Positions 38,301-52,100 of a stretch of DNA of 64,000 nt are shown piece by piece. Under the pieces are notes generated by a model. The model was not told where the DNA came from, did not search any database, and saw nothing but the letters and a program-made list of their open reading frames with translations. The stretch is from Squalus acanthias (Eukaryota). A program made the position numbers and the translations under genes. The stretch lies in the NCBI GenBank assembly GCA_030390025.1, contig CM059446.1:42284001-42348000 (forward strand), in the 5' to 3' direction. Positions within the stretch are counted from its first letter, which is position 1. Each line of letters starts with the position of its first letter.

Positions 38301-40811
38301 ATTGCCATAAGTGTCCTGCACCACAAAGAGTGTTAAACTGTGAAAATGAGTGTGATCTATTACACAAATGCTGTTTATTAACAGTGCTGACTTCCACTCC
38401 TCTGCCTTTAGTTCCTGGCTCTACAATTGGCAAAAAGCAGAGATCAGTAAAAATGAGCAGCAAAATTGTAGAGTCCAGTCTCCATTACAAAAGTGAAGGC
38501 ATCTCTGAAACCCAATGGATTTGAAGCACAACGTGTAAAATGCCACCTTTCAAATTTTAAAATGCCCATATTGTGCAGCACTGTGGCTGAGTTATCAACC
38601 TACCATCAGGACAGTTTTATTGCACACTGTATGATGGATGCTACCCATAGTTAAATGTTTAGAGAACTAAGTAGCTCTAAGCAGGACGTCGATAAGAATA
38701 TAATAAGTGTCTCCAAAGCTATCCAAGCAAGACAAACACCACAGCCAAACTCAAATGTAGGTCACATGACATGCAGAGCACTTTAATTCCTGATGAAAGT
38801 TGCTATTTATGAAAGCACTTCCCAGTTGGCCTGCATACGCTGAACTTTAAAACCATCAATAAGGAAGGTCACACAACATTACCTCGTTCATTACTGACAA
38901 GACAAATAAGAATCATCCAGGACGAGAGGGAGACTGGAAGGGGTGTTAAAGGAATGGTTTATAAGCATGTCAACTAAACTTACACAGTAAGTGATGAAAG
39001 CTAGTAAGATTTTATAAATAACTCATGAGGTAGTACGAGTACAAATCATTTCAATTTCCATTCATTTCGCTTTTCTCACTTTAGGGCACTCCCCTCCACA
39101 CAGACACACTTTGCCCTAACAAGAACCTTTCTGCAGATTGATAATGTCCAGTATTTATTTCCACATCAAGAGGCAATTCTTTTCTTGGAATGCTGCATGT
39201 AACAGGCTCGCTGAGCATTCTAAGGTCAGGCAGAGGTGGAAGCAACTATAGCTGCTGCGCCTCTCTCTCTTTCTCTCACCCACTGAAAACCTTCTGCGAT
39301 CCAGCAGGCAGCAAATTCAAAGTATTTACTACAGCAGAAATGTTTCATCTCTGCATCGTAGAAAGGTGAACCTCTCATTAGCTGAACCACTGGATTGGAG
39401 AGAAAAATAAAGCGCACATACTTCCCCCCCTCCCCACCACAATTCTTTTCGGCATGGATTATGGCTCCTCTTCAAATCTTGGGATAGTGCCCCAATGTTT
39501 CCGGAACACTGTATACAGGTTAGCACCTCTGGATCCACTCCTTCCTCCTCAAAAATAACATCAATTTCAGGTATTACTACAACTTATTTTTGTGGCAGTA
39601 TAACTCAGGAACATCAAGTAAAAGTACTTATTTTTTTACTTTCCAATTTTTAAACTTGGTTTCAAAATAAATGAGTATTCTTAAACCCCTCTCCCAACCA
39701 CATCAAAATAGAAAATACTTGAAGAAAACTTCTAATAAAAGACAATGAAAAAACATGCATGTCAGAGCTCCGAAGGCTGATTTTATCTGATAGAATATGG
39801 GTAATGTACGGACTCTGCCTGGAGCCCTCCCTTTAAACCTATTCTATCCAACCATTCCTCACTCATAAACCCAGACTACCCTACAGCAAGGTAAGAATGG
39901 GTCACCTTGAAATGTGGTCAGAAGCTGTCAAGGATTCTTTTCCATCTGACTTGGCTGCAAAAGCCCCACATAGGGAAAACCAGCCTCCCTCTGCAGACAG
40001 GACCCCCCGAAATCTCCCCGACTCTGCTGAACCCAGTGGGCTTCACCAAATTACCCCATCCACAACCCCACCCCGACCCCGTGTAGTTCCCAGAGTGCAC
40101 TTAACTTTAACTATACAGTAACCTCAAAAGAATCAATGTAATCTCCTCCAAGTACCATGTAACAAACTATATAGCAACTTCACAAAATGCAAGCATTATT
40201 CCCCCACCCGCTCCTCAAAAACACATTTGTAGCCCAGTTACCAGTTATAAGGCTATCTTCAGGGCCATCTGTCTGTCTTTCCAGTCAGTCTCAAGAGGCA
40301 AGTCAAAAATTGATCAGGTGGGGAAGACAATTGACTGATTCTGCCTGTTGAGAGTAGAGAGTTGAACTTCTGCACCATAACTTGGACGGAAGATCCACAG
40401 AAGCCCTGGAGAACAGGCGTAAAGCTGGAGTTATAGCAGATAATCAGGAGAACCCCAAGAAAATTTAACCCGTCGCTGTCCATTGTCACATTAACGATAT
40501 GTATTACTGTGACTGGGGAGCTTCTGTCGCTGAACACTTTCTCATTCCACTCTTACAATGATTATTCTCCTTTGTAGGTAGCAGCTTTTTTCAATTAATT
40601 TAATTAGCGACATGGACAAGTATTCCTAACAGGTCAAAGGCATGTTTTCCAGATCAGTCACAAATTCTAGGATGGCTTTTCATTCAGATACAATTGAGCC
40701 AAGCAGGTGGCAATTTTTTTCAAAATTAGGGTGGAAATGAAACTGTAGAATTTTCACATACCTTCCCCCGTGGGAAAATATTTTGCTGAGGAATCCAACA
40801 AATGAGTTAAA

Positions 40812-41100
40812 AAGAAAAAGAAGTGTATTTATATAGTGTCTCATCTCCTACCAAAACATCTGAAAACACTTCACAGAATGACCTATTTTTGAAGTGGAGT
40901 GTCGGTATGTAGGAAACGTGGCAGCCAATCTGCATCAGCAACATTCCACAATGACGAATTAATGTCCTTTGTTTTGGGCGGCATTGGTTGAGGGAGGAAC
41001 GTTGGCCAAGGAGAATTCCTTCACTTCTTCAAATAGTGCCATGGAATCTTTTGACAGCTACCAGAACATGCAAATTGCACCCTGGTTTAATACATCACCA
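40812..41100 (-). mobile_element. Degenerate DeuSINE copy
   Basis: gtaggaaacgtggcagccaat...cttcttcaaatagtgccatggaatctttt matches the family in reverse. Confidence 0.6.
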
Positions 41101-42857
41101 GAGATCACAGCATGAAAACGAAAACTGAAGCCACGACACAAGATTTTTTTTTAAATTAAAAACACTTTTATCAAGTGCTGCAAAGTCTACACACTATGAT
41201 GGCCGCACGGTACATCACAGAACACAAAGCAGTGACATATACATGCACAGAGGATATTAAGACAGTTCTACACATTTGTGCATTGATAATGACCAAACCT
41301 CTCTATTTGGCAGGAGGCTTAGGCAGAGCAAAGTCACTACCGCTGCTGCTTTTAACCAAGAGGTCGATTCATAAGATAACTCCACCGCTACCGTTTGTCG
41401 AGCATACATATCTCAGTTGATCAATAACCATCACTGCTCTCTGAAGTGCATCATTTCATTTCCAACTGCAGCAAAGCATTGCTTTGACTCCATGGTAATT
41501 CAGGCCCGAGGGTAGAGGACTGTTTTTAAGTAAGCAGAAGCTTGAATAACCAAACGAAGCGAAGGTTGAACCTATTGGCAAAGCCACAATTGTTCAAGTG
41601 ACAGTTTGGAATGCTGCCAAAAATTTCACTGACCCAAACCCCTGGTAATAACCTCTATAATGGATTTCATTTCCAAGACATAACCCTTCAATCAACACAG
41701 TAATCCACTTTGTGGTTTACAAATCAAAACAGTTAAAACACAGTCGTTACTTCCTACAGCTGTCAAAATCTATTACTATACTATTTAGTTCTTTTCAGGA
41801 TTCTCTCCCAGTTACGGTCTTGCATAAGGCCCAGAAGAGAGGACAAACTTGTAGCTGCAGAAAGGGGATTCAGTTTCGCTCTATTACTTTTACACAAACT
41901 GACATCAGTTTCCAGAAAACCATTAACAAAAGAAAGTAAATTCCAAAAGGGGTAGTTTACAAAATAATTCACCTGCTTCCGATACTTGTGATTACAGAAT
42001 TAAAAACTGCCAATTTCTTAAATTAAACTTTCCTGCCCTCAGAAGCATCAACTGCGGTGATACATTTTTTTTTAAGTTTTGCTTTGATAAATTGCCTCTT
42101 TTTAACATAATAAAAAATAATTAAAACTTTGACTTGTGTTCTCTTGATTTGTTCAAGCTGAACAAATAAATTTTTCTGTACAACTCTTAAACCATTCATC
42201 GTCCACTGGCAAATGACTTCTTTCCAGACAGTTTTAAATTTCTTACTGTGATTCCTAAAAAGCTTTTTACAATCCAAAACAGTGAAACCGTCTATAGCAA
42301 CCACCTAGTGGACTCTTAATGTAGGTTTAATGCTGAATCGTTTACATTATTGGAATGACTATCAAATGATCTCCCTGTATAGGGCTTCTTGTTGTTTAAA
42401 TACATTTGCCCGTTTCAAAAATCATCTTTGATATCTTGTGTATTACAGATTTATTGATTATAATTATTAGACATATTATTGCAAATGTTCACGAATGAAG
42501 CCTCTACAATACTTGATCACCTTTCCAAACAGTACTCTCTCTATTAACAGCAGCAAGCTCAAACTGTTCCAAAGCAGAAACATTAGAACATAAAGCATCA
42601 AGCACTCCCTCATGCTTTGTTTTCTGCACTGCGTTGATCCTATCAGTTAGGCCCGCTCAAATCCAGTGTACAATTGCCATCAACTTCTTGTACTTTTTAT
42701 TAACTTCCATCTTACACAAAGAAAAGTGTACATTTCCAGAAGAGTTTTGTGTTACAAGTGGGCAAGCCAATGCCTGTCTAGTTCAGAGTTGGTACTGAAC
42801 TGGCATTTCCTCCTAGAAAGTAAAATAATTACTTGCGTCAAACATTAACTTGGAACA

Positions 42858-43075
42858 AAAGCAAAATACTGCGGATGCTAGAAATCCGAAATAAAAACAG
42901 AAAATGCTGGAAATACTCAGCAGGTCGGGCAGCATCTGTGGAGAGAGAAACAGAGTTAACGTTTCAGGTTGATGTTCTGACGAAAGGTGATCGACCTGAA
43001 ACGTTAACTCTGTTTCTCTCTCCACAGATGCTGCCCGACCTGCTGAGTATTTCCAGCATTTTCTGTGTTTATTTA
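42858..43075. mobile_element. Palindromic hammerhead-bearing mini-element, family A, opposite orientation
   Basis: 85-bp inverted arms (42889-42973 / 42990-43074) with the tail on the left. Candidate TSD ttggaaca at 42850-57 and 43077-84. Plus-strand motif GTT-CTGACGA...GAAACGTT-AAC at 42974-43008. Confidence 0.82.
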
Positions 43076-45259
43076 TTTGGAACAGCCATACTTGTATTTT
43101 ACTTGAGGTCGACACAGTCTCTGTAGAATTTTCTTGAGATTCAATACAATTAAGAGGACTTTTTTCCAAAAGTACAAATATAAATTTATGGTTATAAAAC
43201 CAAACTACTATATACAAATAATTTAAAAGCACAAGTGTGGGAGAATTCTTCCATGTACTATGTGAAGCAACATCATAAATATGTTTACAAATAACCCATC
43301 TACAATATTGCTATAATTAATGCACAGAGCAATTCTTCACTCACTGTTTTGAATACACATTTCTTTTTATTATAGCTGGATTTTCTCGGTTAGTTCAGTC
43401 TGTATTTTTCAGTTCTGCATAATAATCATTCAAGACAGACAGCAAATGTAAGACAGAATACATTACACTGACAAAAACTATTCAATGAGTAGATTTACTA
43501 TCTGACGTCACTTCCACAAATAATTACTTCAACAGAAAATAGTGTAAAAAAAGAGTGCCTTTGCTGGAGGCAGTCAATTGTATTGCCTCATACTGTTTGG
43601 ATAACAAGAAAGGATGCTCCATCACTAAATCTCATCTAATGTTACACCATGGAGTTTACTGAGAGGGCAGAGGGTAGCCTGCATCTGTTCAACTGCAACA
43701 AGCAAATCTAACCCTCATACGATTGCAAATACAGGCTTGTTGCTACAGGCAATCTAACCACTTTTTGAAAAACAAGATGGCAGATTAATGGCTTTTACCG
43801 TGGATATTAGCAAATAAATGTACACCCTTTATCATGAACGGCAGGGTCACAAAGACCTGCCCACAGATCCGTTAGTGCCTCTTGCATTGTTCATCAGCTC
43901 AGCCCATCTGACCGCAGTGTGTTTTTTTTTTGAGAAGCTTTATCCTTTATCCTCAAACAGGAGCAATATCTTTGAGTGCCCCCTCCCCCCCCTCCCCCCC
44001 GCCCCACCCAAGATCCAATGGCACCGGTCAGGATTAGCAAGCACTAGGCTAAGGGGCCTTAAAACGGTGATTGAAAAAAAGCCAATACAACAGTGACAGG
44101 AGGTCCAGAGAAACTATCTACACACCAGATCAGAAATATCCTCTACCCGGAGTTCCAACAGCTGAGCCGATCGGTATCTGTGCTAACTCAGGTTAAGTGA
44201 AAAATGTAAAGTATTCAGCAGTGTTTGCTTCTTAAAGCCATCCGGCAAAGTTTATCTGCTAATGGGATAGATATTGTGAAATGGGAGAAGGGAGGGAGAG
44301 AAAAAAAGAACCCAAGCAAGAGAGGGGATTAAAGGAGCTTCCGAATTGCACATGCATGAAAGTTGCACTAATTCTATTTTATCTAGTCTGATTGTTCAGC
44401 TGTGGCAATTCAATTCAAATGACAAAAAAAAAAGCCCTCTGCATCTGAAAACATTTTGTAACTGTCCGGACTAAAGAGCACTCAGGAATGCGGGAGCTTA
44501 CTTCCTGTCAACAGAATAATTACACGAGGATTCCTAAATTGAGGGGGGGGGGGGGGGAAAGAGAAGAGAAATCAAACCCTCAAAATACATACACCTCATG
44601 CCCTGAATTTGAAACTTTTTGACAAAAACCTATTAGCACAAGGGGTTACTGAACTTTGATATTGCTATATTTTTCTACCTATTTTCATTTTTTTCAATGA
44701 ACATATGTCCTTATTTTATTTCTCTCTTTAAAATGCCATATTTTTTTTATACAATTGATTTTCCACTGTTCTGCTTTTCTTTAACTTTTCTCTTCCATTT
44801 TTATTGCCTTTTTATAACCTTAGCCTCCATTTAATTTTTTTCCCCTTATTTCCTTCAATTTTTTTTGCCCGCAGCTTTAATTCTCCATTTGTCTTTTTAT
44901 TTTTCCTTTCCTCTTTTCAACACTCGGCGGGGGTGGGGGGGGGGGGGCAACAGGAAGGCGGCAAGATTGTATTCTGCAATCTTCAAAAATCACTCAACCA
45001 GGGAAGTTGTGTTGGAAAGACTGGTGCTTAACTCAAAGCCTACTGGCATTAATGAAATCGGGGAATAATAGCCTTGCCTTCTTCACATTTGTAGTGGATA
45101 CAATGGCGCACAGAAGATACACATTAGCTCCAGAAGAGGAATTAAAGAGTTTAATTCTCCACAGTTAGAAAATTTAACTCTGCAATCTCCTGCTAATGTG
45201 AAGTCTTAGATTTTAGTATCTTACTATTGCTTAATTACAGAGTTGAAGTAGGAAATGTA

Positions 45260-45421
45260 GAGGGCGAAATTGGTCAATACCTGTGGCACAAAACAGGCAA
45301 ATACCAAACTGGCAATGTGTTTGACTTCAAATGGAAATGAAAGTTGGGTGTGGTGTAAGAAGGGGCTGCCAATTGGCTATCAGCCCATTTCGTACTCCTG
45401 GCGGTGACCAATTTCACCCCT
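45260..45421. mobile_element. Small Harbinger-like MITE
   Basis: TIRs gagggcgaaattggtca / tgaccaatttcacccct, with 3-bp flanking repeat gta. Confidence 0.6.
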
Positions 45422-45896
45422 GTACAATTTGCTTCATTTAACCGCTCATTTTCGTCCTATTCTTCGCCTCACCCTCCCCGCACTCCACTATCCGCCTTAG
45501 GAAAGGATACACCACAAAAAGAACACGTCGCAAATGCTGCCAATACCACTACTCAGTTAGCCTACCCACAGGCAGACCTGAGTGAGTGAGTGTGAGTGAG
45601 AGAGAAAGAGCCCACTCCCCCCACCTGACTGAAAGTAGTGCTCGTGAAATCCCGATTGTCTAAAATGTACAGCTTTTTAAATGAAACGTATGTAATATTT
45701 TAGGTGTTCCGCATCATATGCAAGTATTTACTCCAGTAAAAAGAGAGAAATATTAATTACTGCTTTAGTTAAAGACTGATGATTTCCTTAGTTACAGAAG
45801 GATTATCATACTCCAGAGTTGTGACAATCCATTAAAAAAACCAAGGACACTATCAATCAAAATTGGAAAATCCTTACCACAACTACATTAAACCCA

Positions 45897-46032
45897 CAGT
45901 AACTCTACCTGAGGAAGGGGCGACAGCTCCGAAAGCTTGTAATTTTAAATAAATCTGTTGGACTATAACCTGGTGTTGTGCGACTTCTCATTTTTGTCCA
46001 CCCCAGTCCAACACTGGCATCTCCGCATCATG
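45897..46032 (+). mobile_element. Single-arm family B hammerhead mini-element with tail
   Basis: TAC-CTGAGGA-A-GGGGC gaca GCTCC-GAAAGCTT-GTA followed by the same body and tail as 62281-62410. Perfect 12-bp TSD acattaaaccca at 45885-96 and 46033-44. Confidence 0.85.
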
Positions 46033-46182
46033 ACATTAAACCCAAGAAGAGCACTGACTAGCAAGATGAGAGACCAAATTCATGCAATTATGCAATCATC
46101 CATCAAACCCTATGGTGTACATCTGGTTCTTCCTTTGCAAACCTTCTAAACAGAACCTGCAAATTAAATGTAAAACATGTTC

Positions 46183-46512
46183 GCTTGGCTCGGTGGTAGC
46201 ACTTGCGCCTCCGGGTTAGGTGGTCATAGCTCAAGCTCCACTCCAGGACTTGAACACATAATCGGGATCGACACTTCTGCGCAGTACTGAGGGACTGCTT
46301 CATTGTTGCATGTGCCAGCATTCGGACAAGAAGTTTAACTGATCCCCTGTCTACTGTGCAGGTGGATGCAAAACCAACACCACTAAAAAACAGATTAATT
46401 GGCCACTTGCCTACGTAATAGTGGCCATACTTCAAAAGTAGCTCAGTGGCATTGAAGTGCTTGGAGACATCTTCAGAATGTGAAAGGTACTCTCTGAAGG
46501 CAAGTTATTTCT
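46183..46512 (+). mobile_element. Degenerate DeuSINE copy
   Basis: ttggctcggtggtagcacttgcgcctc head, diverged core and tail. Confidence 0.6.
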
Positions 46513-46597
46513 CTCCTGTCAAAGTGCACATTCTTTGCAGCAACACTGCAATCTCCCAGAAAATTCATATACCATCAAGTTCAAACTATCTCTTCAT

Positions 46598-47014
46598 AGA
46601 AAGAAAGACGTGCATTTATATAGCGCCTTTCACGACCACCGGGCATCCCAAAGTGCTTTACAGCCAACTTTTGAAGTGGAGTCACTGTTGTAATGTAGGA
46701 AACGCGGCAGCCAATTTGCACACAGCAAGCTCCCACAAACAGCAATGTGATAATGACCAGATGATCTGTTTTTAGTTATGTTGATTGAGGGATAAATATT
46801 GACCAGGACACCAGAGATAACTCCCCTGCTCCTCTTCAAAATAGTGCCACGGGACCTTTTACGCCCACCCGAGGGGGCAGACGGGGCCTCGGTTTAACAC
46901 CTCATCCGAAAAACAGCATCTCCGACAGTGCAGCGCTCCCTCAGCACTGCACTGGAGTGTCAGCCTAGATTTTTGTTCTCAAACCTCTGGAGTGGGACTT
47001 GAACCCACAACCTT
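46598..47014 (-). mobile_element. DeuSINE (SacSINE1-like), 5' end slightly truncated
   Basis: Reverse complement of the same family. Confidence 0.85.
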
Positions 47015-48809
47015 GTGGTTAATTCTTGGTCTCACTGGAGCCTAAATGCAATGAAGGTTTTTTCAATCACTGTAATGAAGAAAATTTACTGAAGCCATAC
47101 ATCATATGACAGACATGATGTAAAGTAAAATTACACATCTTACAAATATTTAAAGGTAGCTCACCTCAGATATAATATTTGCACGGTTTAAGGGAAAAGT
47201 GGATAGAATCACAGAATTTGATCTCAAAAAACACCAGTTAAAATTAGAAATTGATTTTTTTTTTTTTTTAAACAGATTTTATAATGTTTCTCAAATACTA
47301 AGACCCTAATCGTAAACAGATGTAACTGTGGAATGCAATGCCTAAAACACTGATAAAAGTCTCAGAATCACAATACAATTTTAATTGAATTATTAAAATT
47401 ACCATAAATCAGTGGCCCATAATATTTGCAATACCACTTATTTACCACTTTAAAAAAAAACTTAAGTTGCAAGTAATTTTGTCCTTCCTTTCCGAAACCT
47501 CCATGTTCTCAGTTATTTACATTAATAATTTTGTCCGTGTTTCCCATAATGGATTTGCAGTATTTGTTTATTCATGTACTCTTCCCGTCTCACTTTCCAA
47601 AACTGACCTTCCTTTTTCTCAGTTAGTTAAATTATATTTTAAAAAATTCGTCCACCTTGCTTCCCCAGATGGATTTGCAGTGTTGCTGCTGCCCTTGGTG
47701 TCGTGATCTATGCTGTTTTTTCTGCACCTTCGAGTCTCCCAACGACCATCTTGAGCAGCGTCTTGTTCTGGGATTGACAAACTGACTGACTCCAGTGTCC
47801 GAGCAACTCAAACCTCCCCAGTACAAGTATCAGTACCCAACGACACAAAATAACATTATTCCAAACAATCCCCTTAGCTCAGAATATTTATTTAATAGCT
47901 TAAACTGCATAAATGCTGGGAGGAAATTGGTTATATGTTGTTGTAGTGCAGTCTGGGTATTGTAGTTCCATCACAGCAGGGCAACAACCACAACTGCCCT
48001 GATACACGACACACATGCACTCGCACATATACACAATTATGACCAGAAGTCGGACTTCACCGCTATCCCAAGGCCCACAAGAAATTTCTAATCTCTGGGA
48101 CTGAAGTAAAACTCAAGTGTCAGGCTCCTGAGGAAGGGGAGGCCTGCACAGGGGAAATGCCTTGCAAGTATCTCCAATATTAACTAACTGATTTTGTGGG
48201 AAGATTTAATGATTTCACCCCCCCCCCCCCCCCCCAACCTCCCCCAAAAATGTAATATTTTTTGAGGGCTAGTTTAGGTCGTAAAGGTTATTTTTAGCTG
48301 CATATACTGACCCAAGTGTAGCAGTTGGAAACAGCTTGAAAAAAACTGCATGAGCAATTTGATTGGTTTTGTTTTGTAATAGTTGTTGGTTCCAGATTAT
48401 TGAATTTGGAAAAAAAAGAGCAATTTGTTGGATTGTTTCCACCTGTCTAGTGAACGCTATGGTTTTTGATTGCTTCACGTTTAGTCAATGGCATATTTCA
48501 GCCAATCAGTATTAACTTAACATTTAATTCAACTAATCACTATTTTTTGCCCTACATACACTGCGAGGTCTGGTGCCTGACATTGTATTATATCGATAGC
48601 CAGTAAACATAGAACAGTCCTGCTGATATGTTTACTATGGAACTATGTAACATTTGTGTGCCTCTACTTAGTGATTATACTGAGATGCGATTAATATACA
48701 GAAATATATAAATGAAATGAGAGTTGCAACTAATGCTCGCTTAAAAAGCATGGCGATCGTTTCTATCAGATATAAACGGTCTTACCCACTGCTCCCCAAT
48801 AGCTCTGCA

Positions 48810-49145
48810 AGTTTACCCAGTGAGTAGCCAAGACGTACAAGGCCAGAGAACTCCATGGTTCGATGTCCATCTTGTGCCGATCTCAGCAATGGGGCCACTG
48901 TAACTGGCCTCAGTGCTCCGGGTTAGAAAGGGGGAAACATGCAATCCAGGGACTTCTGGTAGAACCATCCGAGTATAGACATTGCACGAGGATACCAGGA
49001 TCAGGCTTGGTTCCAACGCCCCCCAAGGTGAAATAGCCTACGGACATCTGCAGACATAAATTATGACCGCTTGGGCGAGGTACTGGAAGACAAGCGGCAC
49101 CCACAGAACCATTACTCAGCGAGGAGCCACTCCTTCAGGAGAGGA
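48810..49145 (+). mobile_element. Old tRNA-SINE-like family, unclassified (representative copy)
   Basis: B-box-like ggttcgat near the 5' end and shared motif ttgggcgaggtactgga. Diverged relatives on + at ~29100-29470, ~53860-54200 and ~59990-60290, and on - at ~5620-6050, ~15510-15910, ~31430-31690 and ~57400-57890 (motif gtggccattcttcatg). Confidence 0.55.
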
Positions 49146-52100
49146 GGGAGGGGGAAAAAAAAATCCAAAAAAATCAAATGATCACAGACATGAGCTGCAC
49201 AACAGATGATCTATCAGCTGGCTCGATAAAATGAAAAACCTTTGATAAAATATTTTCCAACACATTGGTAGCTGACAGCTTAAGGAACTTTTAGGAGTGA
49301 AGTGTTTTGAGTAAGTAGCTTTTACTTTAAACTTCAGGTCTGCTAATGTACATCAGGGAACTACAACAATGGTGCAAGTACATCACAAGAAGTTCTATTC
49401 AGCATAAAAACGGTTAATTCTGATTGGGACAAAATCATCATAGCTAATAAAATTAGTCATAGCCTCCCACTAGGATTTAAATGGTTCTTAGTGTAGAACT
49501 GTCTTCAATCATTTTTGAGTGAGACAAATTGAAAGGTAATTCACAGTGAAAGACGAGATTCAACAAGGTATGCACTCAGTATGGAAATCAGTAGGTTATT
49601 GAATAATAGATTACCTGCAGATACTGTCAGCAATATAACACTCTGCCCTTTGATATAGACGACTGTTCTTCCAAGAGACTTTAATATCAACACTTAAGAG
49701 TCAATGTCACCCCAAAATTCCATTAAAATTCTCTGTCTCAAATGGGAACTATACTTCACCACACAGTGCTCAGACATTTGCTGCTAGTACTGCTGCAGAA
49801 TAGAACATTTTTCTTCGGTGTTTAAGGATGCACTTACACTACAGGTTCAGCGCCTCGCAAAGTGCTTTCAGCTCTACACCAACTCCAGACTTGCGGAAAC
49901 TCTTCGCTTCGATATCAGGTTAGGCCCTGACTGCAGATTCCAGTTGCGTTTACGCTAAAAATAACTGCTCACCGGTGCTACAATTGTAGTTTAAATTTTG
50001 TCCAAGTCACAAATAGTACAACGCCTAACTACAGTATATGGTTTCACAGCAACAATCCCCGACACCAAGTAATGTTTCTCATTCACTCCGTCTTGGATGA
50101 GAGACTGCTAAACTATGGCAGTTTTAGATTGTCGTTCTACTGCAAGCTAAAGTGATCGTAAAACTTTTTATTTGTGATTCCCTTGCTCTCCTCCCACTGA
50201 GGTTAGTCACATAGTTAACTCCAATATGTGGTTTTGTGCAAAGCTTCTGCACAAGGGTTCTAGCGAGATGATTTAATGCACATTTGTATTTACTACTTTT
50301 TATTTGGTGCTAGCAAAAATACTCCTTCTGTTACCGAGATAAATATAAAGATATGACTTCTCGGTGAAAGCTATGGTTCCAGCTCATGGATATCCTTTAA
50401 TTAGACAGGTACTGTATCTGCAGTGTTTATGACATTTGGCCTGTTTTCTGCCAGTCAAGCATTAAGTCACTTTTCTGCCATTTTGGATTTTCTGAATGTC
50501 ATCTGTCATCTAATTGTCCGGTGATCTTTGAAGCTGACATTTCTCTCAGCACCCTGAAATCGTAACTGTGGGGAGAACACAGAGGCCTGTCCAGAACCCT
50601 CCCCGTTCACCCCTCCCTATGTAAAGCACAGGGTAGAGACCTTTAATCAACTTCAAAGGAAATTCCTTGCTGCTGCACAACAAGAGATTCTCACCAGGCA
50701 GGTATCAAATCAGCGCAGGCCCCGAGGGGAGGACAGGGATGTTATTACAGAAGAACTTCACAGATACAAGACAGGATGAAGATTCACACTAATGAAAGAT
50801 AGAAGTACTCTCAACGATCACCAAATATCACAGCAAGGCACAGAACCCAACATTTGTGGTAATGACTGTATTGTTTAGAAGCTGGGACAACTTATTAATT
50901 ATTTTATTTTGGGGCAATTTCCTGTACACAAGTTAGCCATTTGCAACTAACAACTGCAACAATATAATTTCTTCTTTAGTGGATTCAGATAGTTACATTA
51001 ATATGACATTCTGCCTGGTTTTTTTTATAAATTGCATTTTATGTTCAGCTTGAGAAACTTATACATTTGTTTGCTGTATATCAAACATACTCATTTTGAA
51101 AGCTCCAAAGTACATTTAAAGTGTTATTTAAAGATTTATTTTTCAATCATCAATAACCATTTATGTGCTGTGGTTAACCTTTACTCATCTATTTTCACCA
51201 TTTTGTTTCTTTAAATTCCTTTCAGTCCTAACCTAGTATTTTCATTCACTTGCAAGTTTTAACATAGAAAGGGGGCTCCGGGTGGGGGTGGGGAAACTAG
51301 CTGGGTTAATACTAGGTTTATGTGGCCGCACTGCAATAAATTTAAACCGCATACTTGATGGTAACGTCTTGTTCTTGCATTTTACTTTGTCGAATTTCAG
51401 TGTTAGTTAGAAGCCGAAAATGTGCATGGTTATCAGAAGTACTTTTCAGAAACCTTTCAGAGGTAATCGCTTGGAGAATTCCATGTGCACTGAAAGAGGA
51501 TTTAACCATCTGCCCCTTCCGCTGCCCCTGCCCCATCACCTCTGCCCTCCACAAATCCTTGCTGAAGCAATGCTTAGTAAACCAAAGGCAGAGTTGCTTC
51601 GCAGGCCTTATTACATGAGGCTTCCTCGCTCCCAACTAACTGCCAATCAATCACAAGCAGGGGCCCAGCTCCACTGGGATTCCTAAGACACATTATGCAT
51701 ATCACAGGTTTTCCTTCCTTTGCTTCACAGAAAAACATCATCCGAAGCCCCTTACTTCCTAAATTATCCAATCGCTTATGTAAAACCAGGCAATGCTTTA
51801 CTGAACAAAATTCTGATTGTTTTCACGCTTGCACACTTCGAAAACAGCAAGAGGTATCTCTTCAGACTTTCACACAGAAAACAGTAGTATTTTTTGTCGT
51901 CCCCCCCCCCCATTGAAACTCCACTGCTAATTTGCTCAATTGTTCTGTAACCGGAGAAGCTGAAACACTAAGCAAAGCAACAGAGTAAACAAGAGGTCAG
52001 CTGCCAGGTCAGTACAGAACAAAGGTTTCCTCAGAGATGTCAAACGCAATCTCATTATTCTTCTTGCAATAGTGGTATGCCATCCTGCCCATTTCTTGGA

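Noticed and set aside
48122-48160. CTGAGGA motif resembling a hammerhead core
   Set aside because: No convincing stem II followed by GAAA, no stem I pairing and no family body sequence.
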